The position numbers and the translations under genes were made by a program. A stretch of DNA of 64,000 bases from Christensenellaceae bacterium. Its GTDB lineage: Bacteria; Bacillota; Clostridia; Christensenellales; Aristaeellaceae. The stretch covers positions 16,217-80,216 of the forward strand of contig DUQK01000018.1 in assembly GCA_012837835.1 (NCBI GenBank). Direction: 5' to 3'. The notes beneath the pieces were generated by a model. The model saw nothing but the letters and a program-made list of their open reading frames with translations, was not told the origin of the DNA and searched no databases. Below, piece by piece: positions 1 to 8,400 of this stretch (positions are counted from its first letter, which is position 1; the number at the start of each line of letters is the position of its first letter).

Positions 1-93
1 AGCTGTGTAAGACTGAGCCCCATGTGCTACAAGCACGGTACTTACTAAAAGCAGCGTAACTATTATAAGTAAATTAATACGTTTTTTGTACAT
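1..93 (-). CDS. 5-prime fragment of a secreted or membrane-anchored protein; continues past the left edge
   Basis: Minus-strand ATG at 93-91 lies 6 nt after AAGGAGG (complement of 100-106). It reads MYKKRINLLIIVTLLLVSTVLVAHGAQSYTA (basic n-region plus hydrophobic core) and is open to position 1. Too short for the ORF track. Confidence 0.4.
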   Translation of the reverse strand, partial: MYKKRINLLIIVTLLLVSTVLVAHGAQSYTA

Positions 94-278
94 TGAAATC
101 CTCCTTAATCTGACGATGTTACAACGGACACCATTAATATATTACAAATTAATTAAAATTGCAAGCCTTTTTTGAAAATATTTTTAATATTTTTATTTGT
201 TTACATTCAGACTTGACGATAGGCAACAATATTGTTACAATTATGTTAGAATTAGTTAGAACAGATGGAGGGAGAACG

Positions 279-1064
279 ATGAAAAGAAACAGCCTCATCA
301 TAATATTAATACTTACAGTAGCTTTGCTGCTTTCAGGCTGCGGCAAGCAGGATAAGGCGGCAGAGCAGGCAACGGAAGCCCCTACCCAGTCCATGCCTAT
401 GGAGTCTACGCAGGTACCGGTACCGGAATTTAATATGGAACTGCCAGAGGGATATGACCCTGCTTCGGAAGAAGACCCCGGCTCTATAATAGACAGCGAT
501 GCAGCTGCCGCCGGTGTCCACGTATACGCAGGCTCAAGCCCCATACCCATAGACCCTGTAGACATGCCAAGCCCAACCCCGCGCAAGGCGCTTGCATTTA
601 CCTACGCAAAATATACTGCGGACAAATTGGGCTTAAGCTTTGAATCCGTCGCCGGTTATGACGTAGACGATTCCCAAGAGAACATATATAAGCTTACAGA
701 GCCCGCCAGCTCCGTTAAGGATAATTACGCCGCTGAAATAACCCTGTCTTTTGCGCCCATTACAAAAAATTACAATATAAATAATGTACGTACCGATTTG
801 CGCTCAACGCTTGACAACCTAGGCAAAATAAACTACAAAACTTGGGAAACTACAAGCACGAGCAAGCGCACACTGCTTGGCAAGGAAGGCTACTACGGCA
901 ACTACCGCGGCGTACTGTTTGACGGCACTATAGTAAGGGGAAGGGTGCATATGGCTGTAGTAAACGATAAATTGCTCACCCTGCACGTAAGCTGCCCCGG
1001 CTGGTACAACACAGACTATATGAGCGTATACTCTCATATAAGAAACACGCTTAAGTTGCTGTAA
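279..1064 (+). CDS. Lipoprotein of unknown function
   Basis: ORF 159..1064 trimmed to ATG 279, which follows a GGAGGGAG RBS. MKRNSLIIILILTVALLLSGCGK is a signal peptide plus lipobox (LSGC). A terminator follows. Confidence 0.75.
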   Translation: MKRNSLIIILILTVALLLSGCGKQDKAAEQATEAPTQSMPMESTQVPVPEFNMELPEGYDPASEEDPGSIIDSDAAAAGVHVYAGSSPIPIDPVDMPSPTPRKALAFTYAKYTADKLGLSFESVAGYDVDDSQENIYKLTEPASSVKDNYAAEITLSFAPITKNYNINNVRTDLRSTLDNLGKINYKTWETTSTSKRTLLGKEGYYGNYRGVLFDGTIVRGRVHMAVVNDKLLTLHVSCPGWYNTDYMSVYSHIRNTLKLL

Positions 1065-1107
1065 TATTATAAAAACATCGACATAACGACGGTTAAACTG
1101 ATAAACA

Positions 1108-1136
1108 AAGCCCTAGCTTATAAGTTAGGGTTTTTT
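1108..1136 (+). terminator. Rho-independent terminator after the lipoprotein gene
   Basis: The ccctA...Taggg stem (1111-1115 / 1126-1130, extendable) is followed by TTTTTT at 1131-1136. Confidence 0.6.
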
Positions 1137-1140
1137 AGGT

Positions 1141-1198
1141 AAATTATTCTTGGTAAGTATAGGGTTTTTATATGTTTTGTTTATTGTAAGAATAATTT
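1141..1198. repeat. 11-bp perfect inverted repeat in the long leader of the ATP-grasp gene
   Basis: aaattattctt (1141-1151) and aagaataattt (1188-1198) are exact reverse complements separated by 36 nt. Confidence 0.6.
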
Positions 1199-1404
1199 CA
1201 AATTTTTGGGGCTATTAATCTGCTATCCATATCACCACAAACGGAAAAATCAATACGATATATATAAAGGTATTTTTATATTTGAATAGTTTAGACTTTT
1301 CTTTACAATCGGTATTTTCATTGTATTTGTTTTGACGATAGCTCATCTGTTGTGCTATCCTGCTTCAAATACGGCGCTAGCATCGCCGGGAGAGGAGCGG
1401 GGTC

Positions 1405-2598
1405 ATGCTTAATTTTGTGTTTATTTCACCTCATTTTCCGTCGAATTACTACCTGTTCTGCAGGGCGCTTAAGAACAACGGCGTTAATGTGCTGGGGATT
1501 GCCGATACGCACTATGACAACCTAAGCCCAGAGCTTAAAGAAGCTCTGAGCGATTATTACCAAGTACCAAGCCTTGAAGATGGCGATGCAGTTTTAAGAG
1601 CCGTGGCTTGGTTTACCCATAAATGGGGCAAGATTGACTGGCTTGAAAGCAATAATGAATATTGGCTTATACAAGACGCTTGGCTGCGCACAATGTTTCA
1701 TATTGATACAGGACCCATGCTAAATGATATGGAAAAATTCAAGCGCAAAAGCCAGATGAAGATACTCTTTAATGAAGCAGGCGTTAAAACAGCACCCGGT
1801 GAAGTGGTTACTACCCGTGAAAATGGGCTTGAATTTGCTAACAAATATGGATATCCTTTAATAATTAAGCCGGATATAGGTGTGGGTGCCCGTGGCATTT
1901 ACAAAATATATAATCAGGATGATTTGAACCGCTTTTTCGATAAAAAGCCTTATGAGCCTTATATTATGGAGGTGATGGTTAATGGACAAGTGTGTTCCTA
2001 TGATGCCATACTGGATAGTAAGGGCACGCCCCTTTATGAAACCGGCAACATTACCGTAATTTCCTTAGTAGATGTGGTTAATGATAACCTAGACAGTGTG
2101 TTTATGCTGCTCCCCGAGCCTGCTCAAGATGTGCTTAAAGCGGGGCGCAATACGGTTAAAGCGTTTGGCGTTAAAAACCGTATGATACACTTTGAGTTTT
2201 TTCGCCTTATGGAAGACCAAGAGGGTTTGGGCAAGAAAGGCGATATTGTAGGGCTTGAAGTAAATATGCGCCCTTCAGGCGGTATATCGCCCGATATGAT
2301 GAACTACGCAGGCAGCATTGACATATATAGGCTGTGGGCGGATATGGTGTGCCATGACCGTATTTGGCTTGAGGAAGGGCGCCGCACCTTTGTATGCCCT
2401 TTCGTTGGTCTTAGGGACAGCCAAGCATATAAGCTTAGCCATGAAGATATAATGGAGCGCTACGGGCACCGCATAGTAAAGCAAGGGCGCGTACCGGATG
2501 CTATGAGCGGCGCTATGGGAAATTATTATTACATTGCGCAATGTTTAGATAGGGAAGAAGCGGATGCTTTTATAGCTGCCGTTTCAGAAAGGGTATAA
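1405..2598 (+). CDS. ATP-grasp family carboxylate-amine ligase (substrate unknown)
   Basis: GAGGAG RBS before ATG 1405. Motifs PLIIKPDIGVGARGIYKI and GLEVNMRPSGG are typical of ATP-grasp nucleotide/Mg sites. 397 aa. Confidence 0.7.
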   Translation: MLNFVFISPHFPSNYYLFCRALKNNGVNVLGIADTHYDNLSPELKEALSDYYQVPSLEDGDAVLRAVAWFTHKWGKIDWLESNNEYWLIQDAWLRTMFHIDTGPMLNDMEKFKRKSQMKILFNEAGVKTAPGEVVTTRENGLEFANKYGYPLIIKPDIGVGARGIYKIYNQDDLNRFFDKKPYEPYIMEVMVNGQVCSYDAILDSKGTPLYETGNITVISLVDVVNDNLDSVFMLLPEPAQDVLKAGRNTVKAFGVKNRMIHFEFFRLMEDQEGLGKKGDIVGLEVNMRPSGGISPDMMNYAGSIDIYRLWADMVCHDRIWLEEGRRTFVCPFVGLRDSQAYKLSHEDIMERYGHRIVKQGRVPDAMSGAMGNYYYIAQCLDREEADAFIAAVSERV

Positions 2599-2599
2599 G

Positions 2600-3352
2600 A
2601 TGTTAGTACGCCATCAGCATTATTACAGCAATATTTTATCCAGAGATACTTATTCTATAATATATGGTCATGGGGGAAAGCCGGTGCTAGTGCTGCCCTC
2701 GCAGGACGGCGTAGCCCAAGATTTTGAGGGCTTTGGTATGCTCCCGTCCTGTGAGCCTCTTTTGAGCGATGGGCTTATTACCCTATACTGCGTGGACAGT
2801 ATAGATAAAGAAACATGGTCCAATTATAATGGCAATCCCCGCAGCCGTATGGAGCTGCACGAAAAATGGATACAACACTTAACACAGGAATATGTGCCAT
2901 TTGTAAAGGCGGATTCGCTCTGGCAGGGCAGGCTCATGGCGCTGGGCTGCAGCATGGGCGGCACTCACTCGGGTAATCTGGTGCTTCGCTTCCCCAACCT
3001 GTTTGACAGTCTAATAGCCATGTCCGGCGCTTTTGACGCTTCTTGGCTTATGTATGGCTACATGGATGATATAGTATACATAAATTCTCCCGTACACTAT
3101 ATGCCTAACTTACCTAAGGACCATTATTTTGTAGATGCACTCAACAGCTGTAAAATGGTGTTCTGTGCGGGACAGGGTGCATGGGAAGATGAGATGCTCC
3201 GTACTATGGGTATACTTAAAAGCGTTTTTGACGAAAAAGGCATAAATGCTTGGATAGATTTATGGGGTTATGATGTAAACCATGACTGGCCTTGGTGGCG
3301 TAAACAGCTTGCCTATTTTCTGCCTATAGTTATGGATGCGGTTGGAGCATAA
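2600..3352 (+). CDS. Esterase / alpha-beta hydrolase family protein
   Basis: Starts 1 nt after the ATP-grasp stop. Has a G-x-S-x-G nucleophile elbow (GCSMGG). Length and layout fit the putative-esterase family. Confidence 0.65.
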   Translation: MLVRHQHYYSNILSRDTYSIIYGHGGKPVLVLPSQDGVAQDFEGFGMLPSCEPLLSDGLITLYCVDSIDKETWSNYNGNPRSRMELHEKWIQHLTQEYVPFVKADSLWQGRLMALGCSMGGTHSGNLVLRFPNLFDSLIAMSGAFDASWLMYGYMDDIVYINSPVHYMPNLPKDHYFVDALNSCKMVFCAGQGAWEDEMLRTMGILKSVFDEKGINAWIDLWGYDVNHDWPWWRKQLAYFLPIVMDAVGA

Positions 3353-3408
3353 TAACAGCAATAATAAAACATATGCAGCGTTTTTGTTGCAGATGTTAAT
3401 GTGCTAGC

Positions 3409-3438
3409 AAAGTCCCAGTTTTCTGAAATGGGATTTTG
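3409..3438 (+). terminator. Weak rho-independent terminator after the esterase gene
   Basis: The tccca/tggga stem (3413-3417 / 3429-3433), extendable with A:T pairs, is followed by a T-run at 3434-3437. Confidence 0.4.
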
Positions 3439-3556
3439 TTAGTTTAATACTTATATCAGCCTAAAGAACCGTTCCGACGGTTATCCTTTGTGATATTGCT
3501 CCTCTCCTCGTCCTTTGCTATAATTAGCTTGTTTTTTTAACGAAAGGATTCAATGC

Positions 3557-4942
3557 ATGCAAAAACTAAAAGCCCTCTTTGCCCCCCGGGACATGACGGA
3601 AGGCACTCCTTGGAAAAACATACTCATGTTTGCTGTTCCTTTGCTGCTTGGAAATTTGATACAGCAGCTATACAATGCTGTTGATACCGCCATTGTAGGC
3701 AGGTATGTGGGAGATGACGCTGTTGCTGCTGTAACATCCTGTATGCCTGTTATTAATCTGCTTTTAGCGCTCATGGTGGGCATTGGGATGGGTACTAGTA
3801 TTCGTGCATCACAGTATTATGGAGCGAGAGATAAGGAAAACTTATCGCTTGTTATAGGCAACTGCCTTACCCTTACATTGCTTAGCTCGATTATTATTAT
3901 GGCTGTGGGTATTCCCCTTGTGCCGGTGCTTTTAAACCTGCTTAACACACCTGCTGAGATTATGGAATGGACCGGTCAATACCTCAATATTTACCTTGCC
4001 GGTGTTTCTGGCGCTATGTTTTACAACATGCTTTCAGGTATACTAAGGGGTCTTGGTGATTCACTCTCCGCCCTTGGTTTTCTTATTATAGCTGCACTCT
4101 TAAATGTTGTGCTTGACCTATGGTTTGTTATTCAGTTTGATATGGCTGTGGCGGGCGTTGCGCTTGCTACTATTTTGTCACAGGGTGTTTCTGCTGTGCT
4201 TTGTTTTATCAAACTAAAAAGTATGTCAACACTGTTTGATATTAACCGAAAGACACTTCGTCTTAACAAAAAAACCTCACTTGATATGATTAAATTGGGC
4301 TTGCCTACAGGTTTTACGCAGGCAGCCTTTTCCCTTGCAATGCTGCTTATTCAGCGGCTTGAAAATAGTTTTGGTCCTATGTTCATTGCCACTACCGGCA
4401 TTGTTAAGCGTGTAGATGGCTTTACAATGCTTCCAAGTTTTTCCTTTGGCAGCGCTATGACTACCTTTATCGGGCAAAATGTAGGCGCCAGAAAGTATGA
4501 CAGGCTGCATAAAGGCGCCGTTCAGGGCGCTAAGCTGGCTTTTTTTACGTCTGTTGTATTAACATGCGCTATTCTCCTGTTTGGCCGCAGTATGCTTGGC
4601 ATCTTTACTAATACGCAGGAAGTAATAGACCTTGGCATGAATATAATGTATATATTAGTGCCCGGCTACCTTGCCATGGGGCTTACCCAAACCATGTCGG
4701 GCGTTATGCGAGGGGCAGGCGATACCGTAACCCCTATGGGGATTTCGCTTTTTACCGCTATTATAGTGCGTACAACGCTTGCCTATGCATTGGTAGAGCT
4801 ATCAAAAACGCCTGAAAATCCAATAGGTGAGCCTTTAATGGTATATGTTTCAATGGTAATCAGCTGGGTTACAGGCGCTTTAGTAAATATATACTTCTAC
4901 CGCCGCGGTAATTGGAGGAGGTTGCTGTCTACTAAAGACTAA
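3557..4942 (+). CDS. MATE family efflux transporter
   Basis: 461 aa and polytopic. The N-terminal VPLLLGNLIQQLYNAVDTAIVGRYVG motif and a repeated 6+6 TM layout are typical of MATE/NorM. Confidence 0.85.
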   Translation: MQKLKALFAPRDMTEGTPWKNILMFAVPLLLGNLIQQLYNAVDTAIVGRYVGDDAVAAVTSCMPVINLLLALMVGIGMGTSIRASQYYGARDKENLSLVIGNCLTLTLLSSIIIMAVGIPLVPVLLNLLNTPAEIMEWTGQYLNIYLAGVSGAMFYNMLSGILRGLGDSLSALGFLIIAALLNVVLDLWFVIQFDMAVAGVALATILSQGVSAVLCFIKLKSMSTLFDINRKTLRLNKKTSLDMIKLGLPTGFTQAAFSLAMLLIQRLENSFGPMFIATTGIVKRVDGFTMLPSFSFGSAMTTFIGQNVGARKYDRLHKGAVQGAKLAFFTSVVLTCAILLFGRSMLGIFTNTQEVIDLGMNIMYILVPGYLAMGLTQTMSGVMRGAGDTVTPMGISLFTAIIVRTTLAYALVELSKTPENPIGEPLMVYVSMVISWVTGALVNIYFYRRGNWRRLLSTKD

Positions 4943-5004
4943 GTCCAATATGATGAAATACCCCAGTAGTATTGATAACAACAAATTATTGTTCGTTAAA
5001 AGGA

Positions 5005-5220
5005 CTATTCAATATTTTGCCATTTTACCCATTTAGAACTAGCAATTATCTTATGCTCTAAGCTATTCTGATGGTTTTCAAGATTATTTGATTCTTGGGA
5101 AACATATAATTCATATTTATCGTTTTCATTTTCTGAGCGTTGAATTTTGACAAAAGATGATTTTTCTTTTTGACTGGCGCCTAATGTGTTAAGTGACAGG
5201 GCAGATATATTTTCCATCAC
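5005..5220 (-). CDS. Small hypothetical protein (71 aa), third gene of the AT-rich cassette
   Basis: Start overlaps the upstream stop by ATGA (5217-5220). The protein is polar and charged with no TM segment. I recognise no family. Confidence 0.5.
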   Translation of the reverse strand: MMENISALSLNTLGASQKEKSSFVKIQRSENENDKYELYVSQESNNLENHQNSLEHKIIASSKWVKWQNIE

Positions 5221-5879
5221 GACCTCAATAACAGCTTTTTCCTTTCAGTTTCGATTAGTAAATGTAATTCATCTTTTGGTGGTATGATATTGTCAGTTTC
5301 TTGGAGATCTTCTGCGCTGTCTGCTGTTGCCTGACTTGTCCAAAGACCAGTATTGTACTGCAATCCTAATAGGCTTCCACAGATTCCGTTTTTAGGAATA
5401 TCTTGCCAAAGATCTATGGATTCCGAAATCCCTAAGTAGGATTTGCCATATTCATTGACTAGCTCAATCATTTTATCTAGGTTATGCTCATTAACGGTAT
5501 AGAAATAAAAGGTTTTTCTTTGCTCTCCAACACCTACATTATAAGCTTGGTGTGTTTTTCCTTTCCAGTTTTTAGGATTGAAAGAACCTGTGTCTAATAA
5601 GCCTAACATAAGTTTGTTATCAGTACCATCTTGACACTGCATGAGTTTTATGACGACTACCCCGCCTAGTTTGAGGCTATATGAACCCGATAGTTTGATA
5701 AATCCGAATTGCAGATTTTGACTATTTACAAATTTTTCAGCTAATTTCCGCAAACTATCTTCCCAATTTTTTATATGTATGCTTTTGATGTTTTTAATCT
5801 TTAATAAGTTATCCGTCTGCTCATCGGAAAAATCCTCTTCATCTTTAGTGGTCGGAAGCTGAACTTCTACATCCATCAT
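5217..5879 (-). CDS. Hypothetical protein (220 aa), second gene of the AT-rich cassette
   Basis: ATGA overlaps with both neighbours. Acidic N-terminus (TKDEEDFSDEQTD), then a beta-rich region. I recognise no motif. Confidence 0.6.
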   Translation of the reverse strand: MMDVEVQLPTTKDEEDFSDEQTDNLLKIKNIKSIHIKNWEDSLRKLAEKFVNSQNLQFGFIKLSGSYSLKLGGVVVIKLMQCQDGTDNKLMLGLLDTGSFNPKNWKGKTHQAYNVGVGEQRKTFYFYTVNEHNLDKMIELVNEYGKSYLGISESIDLWQDIPKNGICGSLLGLQYNTGLWTSQATADSAEDLQETDNIIPPKDELHLLIETERKKLLLRS

Positions 5880-6604
5880 ATTACATGCTTTGTTAAAAAA
5901 GCCCAGTTCTTTCTTGGTTTTTGGCTTATACTCAACAACATTTTTTTCACTAATTCTCCATAGGTGAGAATTCCGAAATATTGCTTATCAAAGTCATTAA
6001 GTGGCGGGAAAAAATTGCTACTCATTTCTTCGATAACAGTTTCTGATGATGAATCATTTGTCAGGGCAATAAAATAATATTCATCAACCCCTTCTAGGAA
6101 ATCCACCACACTTTCAACAACGGATTCTTTTTGAAGTTTTCGCCTTCTGCCATCCGGATGTTTATGGCAGGGTTCTATAATTGCTTGGGAAGATTCTTTT
6201 TGCGCCTTTTTAAAAGCTTGTACAAAACGGTAGCGGAAAGATAATTGAACATTCAATTTGCTGGATTGTCCTTTCAAATTATCAACACCATCTTCCCGCT
6301 CAAAGGACAGGCAGCTGCTAACATAATCTTTAAGCTTAGCTTCAATAAAAACTGCGTATTTTTTTCTGCCTGATTCAAACACAGCAATCAAGTCAGGGTT
6401 ACCAAAATGTGCAAAAGACGGTTCAACCATCCATTTGCAGTTTGTAATACCATCTTTCCAAGGCACTTCTTTGCCATCAAACAGCTTGATAGTACCAAAA
6501 AAATTATTGAGCTTCTTGTCTTTGTTTTTATCTCGATAGATATCCAACAAAATCCCATTGATGATTCCCCGTTCACCGTAAAATTGAATGTCCATATTAT
6601 TCAT
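5876..6604 (-). CDS. PD-(D/E)xK nuclease-fold protein (242 aa), first gene of the AT-rich cassette
   Basis: GGGAGG RBS (complement of 6615-6620) before ATG 6604. Signature residues are E11 in YGERG, D71 in GNPDLIAVF, and E88-x-K90 in AVFIEAKL, spaced as in Hjc/Mrr-like nucleases. Confidence 0.7.
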   Translation of the reverse strand: MNNMDIQFYGERGIINGILLDIYRDKNKDKKLNNFFGTIKLFDGKEVPWKDGITNCKWMVEPSFAHFGNPDLIAVFESGRKKYAVFIEAKLKDYVSSCLSFEREDGVDNLKGQSSKLNVQLSFRYRFVQAFKKAQKESSQAIIEPCHKHPDGRRRKLQKESVVESVVDFLEGVDEYYFIALTNDSSSETVIEEMSSNFFPPLNDFDKQYFGILTYGELVKKMLLSISQKPRKNWAFLTKHVI

Positions 6605-6633
6605 AAATACTTTTCCTCCCTAAATATTCTTCG

Positions 6634-6664
6634 TTTATAATGTCCTTTCGTAAATGTTTTTCAA
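6634..6664 (-). promoter_or_regulatory. Candidate sigma-70-type promoter of the cassette
   Basis: On the minus strand: TTGAAA (6664-6659), a 17-nt spacer, then ATTATA (6641-6636). It lies in the 78-nt gap after the glycosyltransferase stop. Confidence 0.45.
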
Positions 6665-6682
6665 TAAAACACACGAAAATGT

Positions 6683-7846
6683 TCACTTTTTATATTTATA
6701 ATTACCGCTTTCTATAAGCGCTTCATACCTTTTGAGCGCTTTACTTAAAATATTTTCCCAAGACATGGGTATGCTTTCTTTTGCGTTTTGTCCTACGTTT
6801 TCGGCAAGTTCATTATTTTCAAGAAGCAGTTTAAGTTTTTCAAACAGGCTTTCGGGTGTATTATCACACAGGAAACCGTTTACGCCGTCTTCCACGATTT
6901 CAGCTGCGCTGCTACCATCTATAAGTATTGAAGGGGTTGCCATAACAGCTGCCTCCCTTACTACCATAGGCGCATTGTCGTATAGAGATGGGAAAACAAA
7001 AGCTAAAGCTCTTGAATAAAGCGCGTCAAGCACAGCGGAATCATCTATATGCCCTATAAGCTTTGCGTTGTTTTTAAGCCCAAGCTCTTCTATGTCTTTC
7101 TGTATAGATTTCTCATCAGGACCTCTGCCGGCAAGTAAAAGCACAAAATCCTCACCGCTTTTTTTAAGCAGCGCAGCGCTTTCAAGCACTAATTTTATAT
7201 TCTTCTTATAGTTTATCTGCCCTACAAACAGCAGCATGTTTTTATCGCCTATGCCGTAGAGTTCTTCTACTTGCTTTATTTTTTCCTTATCTAATGTGCG
7301 AAAGTTTACGCCGTTTGGCATTACAGTAATTTCACCCTTAAAGCCGTAGCTATAGAGTACATCGGCGGTGGACTTGCTTACCGCCCATACTTCGTCGCAT
7401 TTTTCGTAGAAGGAAACAACATTGCTTATAAGCGCTTTTGATATTGTTTCGCTTTTAGTTGCCTTGTAAAAATCGTCGTAATATTTGGAATGGAATGTAG
7501 CAACTAGCGGAATTCCTTTACTTTTAGCAATTCTAACAGCCTCAATACCGGCTGCGAAGGGGCTGTGCGCATGGGCTATGTCTATTTTAGCCGCCCTCAT
7601 GCGCCTACGGTAATGTGTATCAAGCACAGGACTTCCTGTGCTGTATTGGGATATAGTGGGTATTTTAACTGCGCTGTAGTCAATAAGGTCAAATGGGAGC
7701 ATAGCTCTATTGCCAAAGTGATATAAGGGTGCGCTCACCGTAACCTTTGCGCCAAGCTTTGGCAGCGTTTCAGCGTACGCCAACACTACCCTGCCTACGC
7801 CATCTGCAATGGGAATGAAAGTATCGGTAAAAAGACCTATATCCAT
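6683..7846 (-). CDS. GT4-family (GT-B) glycosyltransferase
   Basis: AAGGAGGG RBS. 387 aa. The C-terminal FVFPSLYDNAPMVVREAAVMATPSI motif is typical of retaining GT4 enzymes. Confidence 0.8.
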   Translation of the reverse strand: MDIGLFTDTFIPIADGVGRVVLAYAETLPKLGAKVTVSAPLYHFGNRAMLPFDLIDYSAVKIPTISQYSTGSPVLDTHYRRRMRAAKIDIAHAHSPFAAGIEAVRIAKSKGIPLVATFHSKYYDDFYKATKSETISKALISNVVSFYEKCDEVWAVSKSTADVLYSYGFKGEITVMPNGVNFRTLDKEKIKQVEELYGIGDKNMLLFVGQINYKKNIKLVLESAALLKKSGEDFVLLLAGRGPDEKSIQKDIEELGLKNNAKLIGHIDDSAVLDALYSRALAFVFPSLYDNAPMVVREAAVMATPSILIDGSSAAEIVEDGVNGFLCDNTPESLFEKLKLLLENNELAENVGQNAKESIPMSWENILSKALKRYEALIESGNYKYKK

Positions 7847-7922
7847 ACCTTTCCCTCCTTTTTAATATTATAGCTTTTACAAATTCCCTTGGCAAGGTTG
7901 CATAAAAAGACCCTTATATACA

Positions 7923-7951
7923 TTGACAAAGGAGCAAACTTATTATACGAT
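7923..7951 (+). promoter_or_regulatory. Candidate promoter of the glutamate mutase operon
   Basis: TTGACA (7923-7928), a 17-nt spacer, then TACGAT (7946-7951), about 30 nt before the GAGGGGG RBS and ATG 7981. Confidence 0.5.
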
Positions 7952-7980
7952 ATAGCTATAAAAATGAGGGGGTAACCGCC

Positions 7981-8397
7981 ATGGAAAAGAAAACCATCGT
8001 CATTGGCGTTATTGGTGCGGACGTGCATGCCGTCGGTATCCAAATATTATACTATGCATTCTCTGAGGCGGGCTTTAATGTAGTAAACCTTGGGGTAATG
8101 GTATCACAGGAAGAATATATCGAAGCGGCGATTGAATCAAATGCCGAAGCAATCGTCGTTTCTTCATTATATGGCCATGGAGAGCTGGACTGTCAAGGGT
8201 TTAGAGAAAAATGCGAGGAGGCAGGGCTTGAAGGCATACTGCTTTATGTAGGGGGCAATATAGTCGTAGGCAAACAGCCTTTTGAAGACGTGGAAAAACG
8301 CTTCAAGGCAATGGGCTTTGACCGTGTTTTCGGTCCCGGTACTGCGCCTGAAACCACAATAGATGCTCTTAAAGAAGATTTGCTGGGTATAAAGTAG
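7981..8397 (+). CDS. glmS: Methylaspartate (glutamate) mutase S subunit, the B12-binding subunit
   Basis: 138 aa. Has the D-x-H-x-x-G cobalamin motif (ADVHAVG) and close overall resemblance to clostridial MutS/GlmS. This is not GlcN6P synthase. Confidence 0.9.
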   Translation: MEKKTIVIGVIGADVHAVGIQILYYAFSEAGFNVVNLGVMVSQEEYIEAAIESNAEAIVVSSLYGHGELDCQGFREKCEEAGLEGILLYVGGNIVVGKQPFEDVEKRFKAMGFDRVFGPGTAPETTIDALKEDLLGIK

Positions 8398-8400
8398 TAG

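Noticed and set aside
4943-6682. Mobile-element hallmarks around the AT-rich cassette (integrase, transposase, flanking direct or inverted repeats, tRNA target)
   Set aside because: None found. Only trivial short similarities (ttcgtt-type) occur at the two borders, so the cassette is not annotated as a mobile element.
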